Part shown: positions 26,301-37,709 of the stretch, one piece after another
How positions within the stretch are numbered: the stretch's first letter is position 1
How the letters are laid out: every line of letters starts with the position of its first letter
Assembly: GCA_964016885.1 (NCBI GenBank)
Contig: OZ024743.1
Coordinates: 131,936,001 to 132,000,000 of the forward strand
Direction of reading: 5' to 3'
DNA length: 64,000 nt
Source: Eledone cirrhosa
Lineage: Eukaryota
Position numbers and translations under genes: made by a program
Notes under the pieces: generated by a model
Database searches by the model: none
What the model was told of the DNA's origin: nothing
The model's input: only the letters and a program-made list of their open reading frames with translations

Positions 26301-29300
26301 TTGGCGTTTGGTGCTTGGAGCTTGGTGTTTGGTGCTTGGTGCTTGGTGTTTGGTGTTTGGTGCTTGGTGCCTGGTGCTTGTTGTATGGTGTTTGGTGCTT
26401 GGTGCTTGGTGTTTGGTGTTTGCTGCTTGGTGTCTGGTGTTTGGTGCTTGGTGTTTGGTGCTTGGTGCTTGGTGCTTGGTGCTTGGTGTTTGGTGTTTGG
26501 TGCTTGGTGCTTGGTGTTTGGTGTTTGGTGCTGGGTGCATGGAGTTTGGTGCTTGGTGCTTAGTGCTTGGTGTTTGGTGTTTGGTGCTTGGTATTTGGTG
26601 TTTGGTGTTTGATGCTTGGTGTGTGGTGCTTGGTGATTGGTGTTTTGTGTTTGGTGCTTGGTGCTTGGTGCCTGGTGCTTGGTGCTTGGTGCTTGTTGTT
26701 TGGTGCTTGGTGCTTGGTGATTAGTGTTTGGTGCTTGGTCCTTGGGGTTTGCTGTTTGGTGCGTGGAGCTTGGTATTTGGTGCTTGGTGCTTGGTGTTTG
26801 GTGTTTGGTGCTTGGGGTTTGGTGTTTGGTGCTTGGTGCTTGGTGTTTGGTGCTTGGTGCTTGGTGTTTGGTGCTTGGTGCTTTGTGTTTGGTGCTTGGT
26901 GTTTGGTGCTTGGTGCTTGGTGCTTGGTGCTTGGTGTTAGGTGTTTGGTGCTTGGTGATTGGTGTTTGATGTTAGGTTCTTGGTGCTTGGTGTTTGGTGT
27001 TTGGTGCTTGGTACTTGGTGTTTGGTGTTTGGTGGTTGCTGCTTGGTGCTTGGTGTTTTGTGTTTGGAGTTTGGTGCTTGGTGTTTGGTGCTTCGGTCTT
27101 GGTGTTTGGTGTTTGGTGATTGCTGCTTGTTGCTTGGTGTTTGGTGCTTGGTGCTTGGTGATTAGTGTTTGGTGATTGGTGCTTGGGGTTTGCTGTTTGG
27201 TGCTTGGTGTTTGGTGCTTGGTGCTTGCTGTTTGGTGTTTGGTGTTTGGTTCTTGGTGCTTGGTGCTTGGTGTTTGGTGCTTGGTGCTTGGTGCTTGGTG
27301 CTTGGTGTTTGGTGCTTGGTGTTTGATGCTGCGTGCTTGGTGTTTGGTGTTTGGTGCTTGGTGCTTGGTGTTTGGTGTTTGGAGCTTGATTCCTGCTGCT
27401 TGTTGTTTGGTGTTTGGTGCTTGGTGCTTGGTGTTTGGTGTTTGGTGCTTGGTGCTTGGTGCTTGGTATCTGGTGTTTAGTGCTTGGTGTTTGGTGTTTG
27501 GTGCTTGGTGCTTGGTGTTTGGTGCTTGGTGTTTGGTGTTTGGTGTTTGATGCTTGGTGTTTGCTGCTTGGTGCTTGGTGCTTGGTGTTTTGTGTTTGGT
27601 GCTTGGTGCCTGGTGCCTGGTGCTTGGTGCTTGGTGCATGTTGTTTGGTGCTTGGTGCTTGGTGATTAGTGTTTGGTGCTTGGTGCTTGCGGTTTGATGT
27701 TTGGTGCTTGGGGTTTGGTGTTTGGTGCTTGGTGCTTGGTGTTTGGTGCTTGGTGCTTGGTGCTTGGTGTTTGGTGCTTGGTGCTTGGTGTTAGGTGTTT
27801 GGTGCTTGGTGCTTTGTGTTTGATGTTTGGTCCTTGGTGCTTGGTGTTTGGTGTTTGGTGCTTGGTGCTTGGTGTTTGGTGTTTGGTGCTTGCTGCTTGC
27901 TGCTTGGTGTTTGGTGCTTGGTGATTGGTGCTTGGTGTTTTGTGCTTGGTGCTTGGTGCTTGGTATCTGGTGTTTGGTGCTTGGTGTTTGGTGTTTGGTG
28001 CTTGGTGCTTGGTGTTTGGTGCTTGGTGTTTGGTGTTTGGTGTTTGATGCTTGGTGTTTGCTGCTTGGTGCTTGGTGCTTGGTGTTTTGTGTTTGGTGCT
28101 TGGTGCTTGGTGCTTGGTATCTGGTGTTTGGTGCTTGGTGTTTGGTGTTTGGTGCTTGGTGCTTGGTGTTTGGTGCTTGGTGTTTGGTGTTTGGTGTTTG
28201 ATGCTTGGTGTTTGCTGCTTGGTGCTTGGTGCTTGGTGTTTTGTGTTTGGTGCTTGGTGCCTGGTGCCTGGTGCTTGGTGCTTGGTGCTTGTTGTTTGGT
28301 GCTTGGTGCTTGGTGATTAGTGTTTGGTTCTTGGTGCTTGCGGTTTGATGTTTGGTGCTTGGGGTTTGGTGTTTGGTGCTTGGTGCTTGGTGTTTGGTGC
28401 TTGGTGCTTGGTGCTTGGTGTTTGGTGCTTGGTGCTTGGTGTTAGGTGTTTGGTGCTTGGTGCTTGGTGTTTGATGTTTGGTCCTTGGTGCTTGGTGTTT
28501 GGTGTTTGGTGCTTGGTGCTTGGTGTTTGGTGTTTGGTGCTTGCTGCTTGCTGCTTGGTGTTTGGTGCTTGGTGATTGGTGCTTGGTGTTTTGTGCTTGG
28601 TGCTTGGTGTTTGGTGTTTGGTGCTAGGGGCTTGGTGCTTGGTGCTTGGTGTTTGGTGCCTGGTGCTTGCTGTTTGGTTTTTGGTGCTTGGTGCGTGGGA
28701 CATAGTGTTTGGTGTTTGGTGCTTGGTGTTTGGTGATTGGTGTTTGGTGCTTGGTGTTTGGGGCTTGGTGTTCGGTGCTTGGTGCTTGGTGCTTGGGGCT
28801 TGGTGTTTGGTGTTTGGTGCTTGGTGCTTGGTGTTTGATCTTGGGTCCTTGGTGCTTGGTCTTTGGTGTTTGGTGCTTGGTGCTTGGTGTTTGGTGCTTG
28901 GTGCTTGGTGTTTGGTGTTTGGTGCTTGGTGCTTGGGGCTTGGTGTTTGGTGCTTGGTGCTTGGTGTTTGGTGCTTGGTGCTTGGGGCTTGGTAGTTGGT
29001 GCTTGGTGCTTGGTGCCTGGTGTTTGGTGTTTGGAGTTTGGTGCTTGGTGTTTGGTGCTTGGTGCTTGGTGCTGGGTGGTTGGTGTTTGGTGCTTGGTGC
29101 TTGGTGTTTGGTGCTTGGTGCTTGGTGCTTGTTGTTTGGTGCTTGGTGCTTGGTGCTTGGTCTTTGGTGCATGGTGTTTGGTGTTTGGCGCTTGGTGCTT
29201 GGTGCTTGGTGTTTGGTGCTTGGTGCTTGGTGCTTGGTGTTTGGTGCTTGGTTCTTGGTGATTAGTGTTTGTTGCTTGGTGCTTGGGGTTTGGTGGTTTG

Positions 29301-29600
29301 TCCTTGGTGCTTGGTGTTTGGTGTTTGGTGTTTGGTGTTTGGTGTTTGCTGTTTGGTGTCTGCTTTTTGGTGTTTGGTGTTTGCTGTATGGTGTTTGCTG
29401 TTTCGTATTTGGTTTTTGCTGTTTGGTGTTTGGTGTTTGGTGTTTGGTGCTTGGTGCCTGGTGCTTGTTGTATGGTGTTTGGTGCTTGGTGCTTGGTGTT
29501 TGGTGTTTGCTGCTTGGTGTCTGGTGTTTGGTGCTTGGTGTTTGGTGTTTGGTGCTTGGTGCTTGGTGCTTGGTGTTTGGTGTTTGGTGCTTGGTGCTTG
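18340..29600. repeat. ~5.6-kb tandem higher-order duplication (about 18340-23950 and 23950-29600), overlapping the 4.7-kb one
   Basis: ORF pairs 18679/24271, 19589/25181 and 19928/25520 (offset 5592), 20523/26122 (5599), 22697/28324 (5627), 23609/29265 (5656). The marker TATCAGGTG occurs at about 14050, 18733 and 24324. Confidence 0.85.
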
Positions 29601-32053
29601 GTGTTTGGTGTTTGGTGCTTGGTATTTGGTGTTTGGTGTTTGATGCTTGGTGTGTGGTGCTTGGTGCTTGGTGTTTTGTGTTTGGTGCTTGGTGCTTGGT
29701 GCCTGGTGCTTGGTGCTTGGTGCTTGTTGTTTGGTGCTTGGTGCTTGGTGATTAGTGTTTGGTGCTTGGTCCTTGGGGTTTGCTGTTTGGTGCGTGGAGC
29801 TTGGTATTTGGTGCTTGGTGCTTGGTGTTTGGTGTTTGGTGCTTGGGGTTTGGTGTTTGGTGCTTGGTGCTTGGTGTTTGGTGCTTGGTGCTTGGTGTTT
29901 GGTGCTTGGTGCTTTGTGTTTGGTGCTTGGTGTTTGGTGCTTGGTGCTTGGTGCTTGGTGCTTGGTGTTAGGTGTTTGGTGCTTGGTGATTGGTGTTTGA
30001 TGTTACGTTCTTGGTGCTTGGTGTTTGGTGTTTGGTGCTTGGTACTTGGTGTTTGGTGTTTGGTGGTTGCTGCTTGGTGCTTGGTGTTTTGTGTTTGGAG
30101 TTTGGTGCTTGGTGTTTGGTGCTTCGGTCTTGGTGTTTGGTGTTTGGTGATTGCTGCTTGGTGCTTGGTGTTTGGTGCTTGGTGCTTGGTGATTAGTGTT
30201 TGGTGATTGGTGCTTGGGGTTTGCTGTTTGGTGCTTGGTGTTTGGTGCTTGGTGCTTGCTGTTTGGTGTTTGGTGTTTGGTTCCTGGTGCTTGGTGTTTG
30301 GTGTTTGGTGTCTGGTGCTTGGTGCTTGGTGCTTGGTGTTTGGTGCTTGGTGCTTGGTGTTTGGTGTTTGGTGCTGCGTGCTTGGTGTTTGGTGTTTGGT
30401 GCTTGGTGCCTGGTGCTTGTTGTTTGGTGTTTGGTGCTTAGTGCTTGGTGTTTGGTGTTTGGTGCTTGGTGCTTGGTGGCTGGTGCTTGGTGCTTGGTGT
30501 TTGGAGTTTGGTGCTTGGTGCTTGGTGCCTGGTGTTTCGTGCTTGGTGCTTGGTGCTTGGTGTTTGGTGTTTGGTGCTTGGTGTTTGGTGTTTGGTACTT
30601 GGTGCTTGGTGCTTGGTGCTTGGTGTTTGGTGCTTGGTGTTTGATGCTGCGTGCTTGGTGTTTGGTGTTTGGTGCTTGGTGCTTGGTGTTTGGTGTTTGG
30701 AGCTTGGTTCCTGCTGCTTGTTGTTTGGTGTTTGGTGCTTGGTGCTTGGTGTTTGGTGTTTGGTGCTTGGTGTTTGGTGCTGGTATCTGGTGTTTGGTGC
30801 TTGATGTTTGGTGTTTGGTGCTTGGTGCTTGGTGCTTGGTGTTTTGTGTTTGGTGCTTGGTGCTTGGTGTTTGGTGATTGGTGTTTGGTGTTTGGTGTTT
30901 GATGCTTGGTGTTTGCTGCTTGGTGCTTGGTGTTTTGTGTTTGGTGCTTGGTGCCTGGTGCCTGGTGCTTGGTGCTTGGTGCTTGTTGTTTGGTGCTTGG
31001 TGCTTGGTGATTAGTGTTTGGTGCTTGGTGCTTGCGGTTTGATGCTTGGTGCCTGGGGTTTGGTGTTTGGTGCTTGGTGCTTGGTGTTTGGTGCTTGGTG
31101 CTTGGGGTTTGGTGTTTGGTGCTTGGTGCTTGGTGTTTGGTGCTTGGTGCTTGGTGTTTGGTGCTTGGTGTTTGGTGCTTGGTGCTTGGTGCTTGGTGCT
31201 TGGTGTTAGGTGTTTGGTGCTTGGTGCTTCGTGTTTGATGTTTGGTCCTTGGTGCTTGGTGTTTGGTGTTTGGTGCTTGGTGCTTGGTGTTTGGTGTTTG
31301 GTGCTTGCTGCTTGCTGCTTGGTGTTTGGTGCTTGGTGCTTGGTGCTTGGTGTTTTGTGCTTGGTGCTTGGTGTTTGGTGTTTGGTGCTAGGGGCTTGGT
31401 GCTTGGTGCTTGGTGTTTGGTGCTTGGTGCTTGCTGTTTGGTGTTTGGTGCTTGGTGCTTGGGGCTTGGTGTTTGATCTTGGGTCCTTGGTGCTTGGTGT
31501 TTGGTGTTTGGTGCTTGGTGCTTGGTGTTTGGTGCTTGGTGCTTGGTGTTTGGTGTTTGGTGGTTGGTGCTTGGGGCTTGGTGTTTGGTGCTTGGTGCTT
31601 GGTGTTTGGTGCTTGGTGCTTGGGGCTTGGTAGTTGGTGCTTGGTGCTTGGTGCCTGGTGTTTGGTGTTTGGTGTTTGGTGCTTGGTGTTTGGTGCTTGG
31701 TGCTTGGTGCTGGGTGGTTGGTGTTTGGTGCTTGGTGCTTGGTGTTTGGTGCTTGGTGCTTGGTGCTTGTTGTTTGGTGCTTGGTGCTTGGTGCTTGGTC
31801 TTTGGTGCATGGTGTTTGGTGTTTGGCGCTTGGTGCTTGGTTCTTGGTGTTTGGTGCTTGGTGCTTGGTGCTTGGTGTTTGGTGCTTGGTTCTTGGTGAT
31901 TAGTGTTTGTTGCTTGGTGCTTGGGGTTTGGTGGTTGGTCCTTGGTGCTTGGTGTTTGGTGTTTGGTGTTTGGTGTTTGGTGTTTGCTGTTTGGTGTCTG
32001 CTTTTTGGTGTTTGGTGTTTGCTGTATGGTGTTTGCTGTTTCGTATTTGGTTT

Positions 32054-35000
32054 TTGCTGTTTGGTGTTTGGTGTTTGCTGTTTTGTGTTTGGTGTTTGGT
32101 GCTTGGTGCTTGGTGCTTGGTGTTTGGCGTTTGGTGCTTGGAGCTTGGTGTTTGGTGCTTGGTGATTGGTGTTTGGTGTTTGGTGCTTGGTGCCTGGTGC
32201 TTGTTGTATGGTGTTTGGTGCTTGGTGCTTGGTGTTTGGTGTTTGCTGCTTGGTGTCTGGTCTTTGGTGCTTGGTGTTTGGTGTTTGGTGCTTGGTGCTT
32301 GGTGCTTGGTGTTTGGTGTTTGGTGCTTGGTGTTTGGTGTTTGGTGCTGGGTGCATGGAGTTTGGTGCTTGGTGCTTAGTGCTTGGTGTTTGGTGTTTGG
32401 TGCTTGGTATTTGGTGTTTGGTGTTTGATGCTTGGTGTGTGGTGCTTGGTGCTTGGTGTTTTGTGTTTGGTGCTTGGTACTTGGTGCCTGGTGCTTGGTG
32501 CTTGGTGCTTGTTGTTTGGTGCTTGGTGCTTGGTGATTAGTGTTTGGTGCTTGGTCCTTGGGGTTTGCTGTTTGGTGCGTGGTGCTTGGTATTTGGTGCT
32601 TGGTGCTTGGTGTTTGGTGTTTGGTGCTTGGAGTTTGGTGTTTGGTGCTTGGTGCTTGGTGCTTGGTGTTTGGTGCTTGGTGCTTGGTGTTTGGTGCTTG
32701 GTGCTTTGTGTTTGGTGCTTGGTGTTTGGTGCTTGGTGCTTGGTGCTTGGTGCTTGGTGTTAGGTGTTTGGTGCTTGGTGATTGGTGTTTGATGTTAGGT
32801 TCTTGGTGCTTGGTGTTTGGTGTTTGGTGCTTGGTGCTTGGTGTTTGGTGTTTGGTGCTTGGTGTTTTGTGTTTGGAGTTTGGTGCTTGGTGTTTGGTGC
32901 TTCGGTCTTGGTGTTTGGTGTTTGGTGCTTGGTGCTTGGTGTTTGGTGTTTGGTGCCTGGTGCTTGGTGTTTGGTGGTTGATGTTTGGTGTTTGGTGATT
33001 GGTGCTTGGTGTTTGGTGCTTGGTGCTTGGTGCTTGGTGCTTGGTGTTAGGCGTTTGGTGCTTGGTGCTTGGTGATTGATGTTTGGTCCTTGGTGCTTGG
33101 TGTTTGGTATTTGGTGCTTGGTGCTTGGTGCTTGGTGTTTGGTGTTTGGTGCTTGCTGCTTGCTGCTTGGTGTTTGGAGCTAGGGGCTTGGTGCTTGGTG
33201 CTTGGTGTTTGGTGCTTGGTGCTTGGTGTTTGGTGTTTGGTGCTTGGTGCGTGGGACTTGGTGTTTGGTGCTTGGTGTTTGGTGTTTGGTGTTTGGTGCT
33301 TGGTGCCTGGTGCTTGGAGTTTGGTGTTTGGTGCTTGGTGTTTGGTGCTTGGGGTTTCGTGCTTGGTGTTCGGTGCTTGGTGCTTGGTGCTTGGTGCTTG
33401 GTGCTTGGTGTTTGGTGTTTGGTGCTTGGTGCTTGGTGTTTGATGTTTGGTCCTTGGTGCTTGGTGTTTGGTGTTGTGTGCTTGGTGCTTGGTGCTTGGT
33501 GTTTGGTGCTTGGTGCTTGGTGCTTGGTGTTTGGCGTTTGCTGTTTGCTGTTTGGTCTTTGCTGTTTGCTGTTTGGTGTTTGATGTTTGGTGTTTGGTGT
33601 TTGGTGCTTGCTGTTTGGTGCTTGGTGCTTGGTGTTTGGTGTTTGGTGCTTGGTGTTTGGTGATTGGTGCTTGGTGCTGGGTGTTTGGTGCTTGGTGCTT
33701 GGTGTTTGGTGCTTGGTGCTTGGTGCTTGGTGTTTGGTCCTTGGTGCTTGGAGCTTGGTCTTTGGTGCTTGGGTTTTGGTGTTTGGTGCTTGGTGCTTGG
33801 TGTTTGGTGCTTGGTGCTTGGTGCTTGGTGCTTGGTGTTTGGTGCTTGCTGCTTGGTGCTTGGTGTTTGTTGCTTGGTGCTTGGTGATTAGTGTTTGGTG
33901 ATTGGTGCTTGGGGTTTGGTTTTTGGGGCTTGGTGTTTGGTGCTTGGTGCTTGCTGTTTGGTGTTTGGTGTTTGGTTCTTGGTGCTTGGTGTTTGGTGTT
34001 TGGTGTTTGGTGCTTGGTGCTTGGTGCTTGGTGTTTGGTGCTTGGTGCTTGGTGCTTGGTGTTTGGTGCTGCGTGCTTGGTGTTTGGTGTTTGGTGCTTG
34101 GTGCCTGGTGCTTGTTGTTTGGTGTTTGGTGCTTAGTGCTTGGTGTTTGGTGTTTGGTCCTTGGTGCTTGGTGGCTGGTGTTTGGTGCTTGGTGTTTGGA
34201 GTTTGGTGCTTGGTGCTTGGTGCCTGGTGTTTCGTGCTTGGTGCTTGGTGCTTGGTGTTTGGTGTTTGGTGCTTGGTGTTTGGTGTTTGGTGCTTGGTAC
34301 TTGGTGCTTGGTGCTTGGTGCTTGGTGTTTGGTGCTTGGTGTTTGATGCTGCGTGCTTGGTGTTTGGTGTTTGGTGCTTGGTAATGGGTGTTTGGTGTTT
34401 GGAGCTTGGTGCCTGGTGCTTGTTGTTTGGTGTTTGGCGCTTGGTGCTTGGTGTTTGGTGTTTGGTGCTTGATGTTTGGTGTTTGGTGCTTGGTGCTTGG
34501 TATCTGGTGTTTGGTGCTTGATGTTTGGTGTTTGGTGCTTGGTGTTTGGTGTTTGGTGCTTGGTGCTTGGTGTTTGGTGCTTGGTGTTTGGTGTTTGGTG
34601 TTTGATGCTTGGTGTTTGCTGCTTGGTGCTTGGTGCTTTGTGTTTTGTGTTTGGTGCTTGGTGCTTGGTGCCTGGTGCTTGGTGCTTGGTGCTTGTTGTC
34701 AGGTGCTTGGTGCTTGGTGATTAGTGTTTGGTGCTTGGTGCTTGCGGTATGGTGTTAGGTGCTTGGGGTTTGGTGCTTGGTGCTTGGTGTTTGGTGTTTG
34801 GTGCTTGGTGTTTGGTGTTTGGCGTTTGCTGTTTGCTGTTTGCTGTTTGGTGTTTGCTGTTTGGTGTTTGCTGTTTGGTGTTTGGTGTTTGCTGTTTTGT
34901 GTTTGGTGTTTGGTGCTTGGTGCTTGGTGCTTGGTGTTTGGCGTTTGGTGCTTGGAGCTTGGTGTTTGGTGCTTGGTGATTGGTGTTTGGTGTTTGGTGC

Positions 35001-37709
35001 TTGGTGCCTGGTGCTTGTTGTATGGTGTTTGGTGCTTGGTGCTTGGTGTTTGGTGTTTGCTGCTTGGTGTCTGGTCTTTGGTGCTTGGTGTTTGGTGTTT
35101 GGTGCTTGGTGCTTGGTGCTTGGTGTTTGGTGTTTGGTGCTTGGTGTTTGGTGTTTGGTGCTGGGTGCATGGAGTTTGGTGCTTGGTGCTTAGTGCTTGG
35201 TGTTTGGTGTTTGGTGCTTGGTATTTGGTGTTTGGTGTTTGATGCTTGGTGTGTGGTGCTTGGTGCTTGGTGTTTTGTGTTTGGTGCTTGGTACTTGGTG
35301 CCTGGTGCTTGGTGCTTGGTGCTTGTTGTTTGGTGCTTGGTGCTTGGTGATTAGTGTTTGGTGCTTGGTCCTTGGGGTTTGCTGTTTGGTGCGTGGTGCT
35401 TGGTATTTGGTGCTTGGTGCTTGGTGTTTGGTGTTTGGTGCTTGGAGTTTGGTGTTTGGTGCTTGGTGCTTGGTGCTTGGTGTTTGGTGCTTGGTGCTTG
35501 GTGTTTGGTGCTTGGTGCTTTGTGTTTGGTGCTTGGTGTTTGGTGCTTGGTGCTTGGTGCTTGGTGCTTGGTGTTAGGTGTTTGGTGCTTGGTGATTGGT
35601 GTTTGATGTTAGGTTCTTGGTGCTTGGTGTTTGGTGTTTGGTGCTTGGTGCTTGGTGTTTGGTGTTTGGTGCTTGGTGTTTTGTGTTTGGAGTTTGGTGC
35701 TTGGTGTTTGGTGCTTCGGTCTTGGTGTTTGGTGTTTGGTGCTTGGTGCTTGGTGTTTGGTGTTTGGTGCCTGGTGCTTGGTGTTTGGTGGTTGATGTTT
35801 GGTGTTTGGTGATTGGTGCTTGGTGTTTGGTGCTTGGTGCTTGGTGCTTGGTGCTTGGTGTTAGGCGTTTGGTGCTTGGTGCTTGGTGATTGATGTTTGG
35901 TCCTTGGTGCTTGGTGTTTGGTATTTGGTGCTTGGTGCTTGGTGCTTGGTGTTTGGTGTTTGGTGCTTGCTGCTTGCTGCTTGGTGTTTGGAGCTAGGGG
36001 CTTGGTGCTTGGTGCTTGGTGTTTGGTGCTTGGTGCTTGGTGTTTGGTGTTTGGTGCTTGGTGCGTGGGACTTGGTGTTTGGTGCTTGGTGTTTGGTGTT
36101 TGGTGTTTGGTGCTTGGTGCCTGGTGCTTGGAGTTTGGTGTTTGGTGCTTGGTGTTTGGTGCTTGGGGTTTCGTGCTTGGTGTTCGGTGCTTGGTGCTTG
36201 GTGCTTGGTGCTTGGTGCTTGGTGTTTGGTGTTTGGTGCTTGGTGCTTGGTGTTTGATGTTTGGTCCTTGGTGCTTGGTGTTTGGTGTTGTGTGCTTGGT
36301 GCTTGGTGCTTGGTGTTTGGTGCTTGGTGCTTGGTGCTTGGTGTTTGGCGTTTGCTGTTTGCTGTTTGGTCTTTGCTGTTTGCTGTTTGGTGTTTGATGT
36401 TTGGTGTTTGGTGTTTGGTGCTTGCTGTTTGGTGCTTGGTGCTTGGTGTTTGGTGTTTGGTGCTTGGTGTTTGGTGATTGGTGCTTGGTGCTGGGTGTTT
36501 GGTGCTTGGTGCTTGGTGTTTGGTGCTTGGTGCTTGGTGCTTGGTGTTTGGTCCTTGGTGCTTGGAGCTTGGTCTTTGGTGCTTGGGTTTTGGTGTTTGG
36601 TGCTTGGTGCTTGGTGTTTGGTGCTTGGTGCTTGGTGCTTGGTGCTTGGTGTTTGGTGCTTGCTGCTTGGTGCTTGGTGTTTGTTGCTTGGTGCTTGGTG
36701 ATTAGTGTTTGGTGATTGGTGCTTGGGGTTTGGTTTTTGGGGCTTGGTGTTTGGTGCTTGGTGCTTGCTGTTTGGTGTTTGGTGTTTGGTTCTTGGTGCT
36801 TGGTGTTTGGTGTTTGGTGTTTGGTGCTTGGTGCTTGGTGCTTGGTGTTTGGTGCTTGGTGCTTGGTGCTTGGTGTTTGGTGCTGCGTGCTTGGTGTTTG
36901 GTGTTTGGTGCTTGGTGCCTGGTGCTTGTTGTTTGGTGTTTGGTGCTTAGTGCTTGGTGTTTGGTGTTTGGTCCTTGGTGCTTGGTGGCTGGTGTTTGGT
37001 GCTTGGTGTTTGGAGTTTGGTGCTTGGTGCTTGGTGCCTGGTGTTTCGTGCTTGGTGCTTGGTGCTTGGTGTTTGGTGTTTGGTGCTTGGTGTTTGGTGT
37101 TTGGTGCTTGGTACTTGGTGCTTGGTGCTTGGTGCTTGGTGTTTGGTGCTTGGTGTTTGATGCTGCGTGCTTGGTGTTTGGTGTTTGGTGCTTGGTAATG
37201 GGTGTTTGGTGTTTGGAGCTTGGTGCCTGGTGCTTGTTGTTTGGTGTTTGGCGCTTGGTGCTTGGTGTTTGGTGTTTGGTGCTTGATGTTTGGTGTTTGG
37301 TGCTTGGTGCTTGGTGCTTGGTATCTGGTGTTTGGTGCTTGATGTTTGGTGTTTGGTGCTTGGTGTTTGGTGTTTGGTGCTTGGTGCTTGGTGTTTGGTG
37401 CTTGGTGTTTGGTGTTTGGTGTTTGATGCTTGGTGTTTGCTGCTTGGTGCTTGGTGCTTTGTGTTTTGTGTTTGGTGCTTGGTGCTTGGTGCCTGGTGCT
37501 TGGTGCTTGGTGCTTGTTGTCAGGTGCTTGGTGCTTGGTGATTAGTGTTTGGTGCTTGGTGCTTGCGGTATGGTGTTAGGTGCTTGGGGTTTGGTGCTTG
37601 GTGCTTGGTGTTTGGTGTTTGGTGCTTGGTGTTTGGTGTTTGGCGTTTGCTGTTTGCTGTTTGCTGTTTGGTGTTTGCTGTTTGGTGTTTGCTGTTTGGT
37701 GTTTGGTGT
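32054..37709. repeat. Near-perfect 2814-bp (402-monomer) tandem duplication; second copy has one extra monomer
   Basis: Identical ORFs at offset 2814 (32166/34980, 32540/35354, 33069/35883, 33891/36705, 34140/36954), then offset 2821 (34724/37545). Private markers: GTAATGGG at 34381/37195 and TTGTTGT-CAGG at 34693/37514. Confidence 0.95.
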
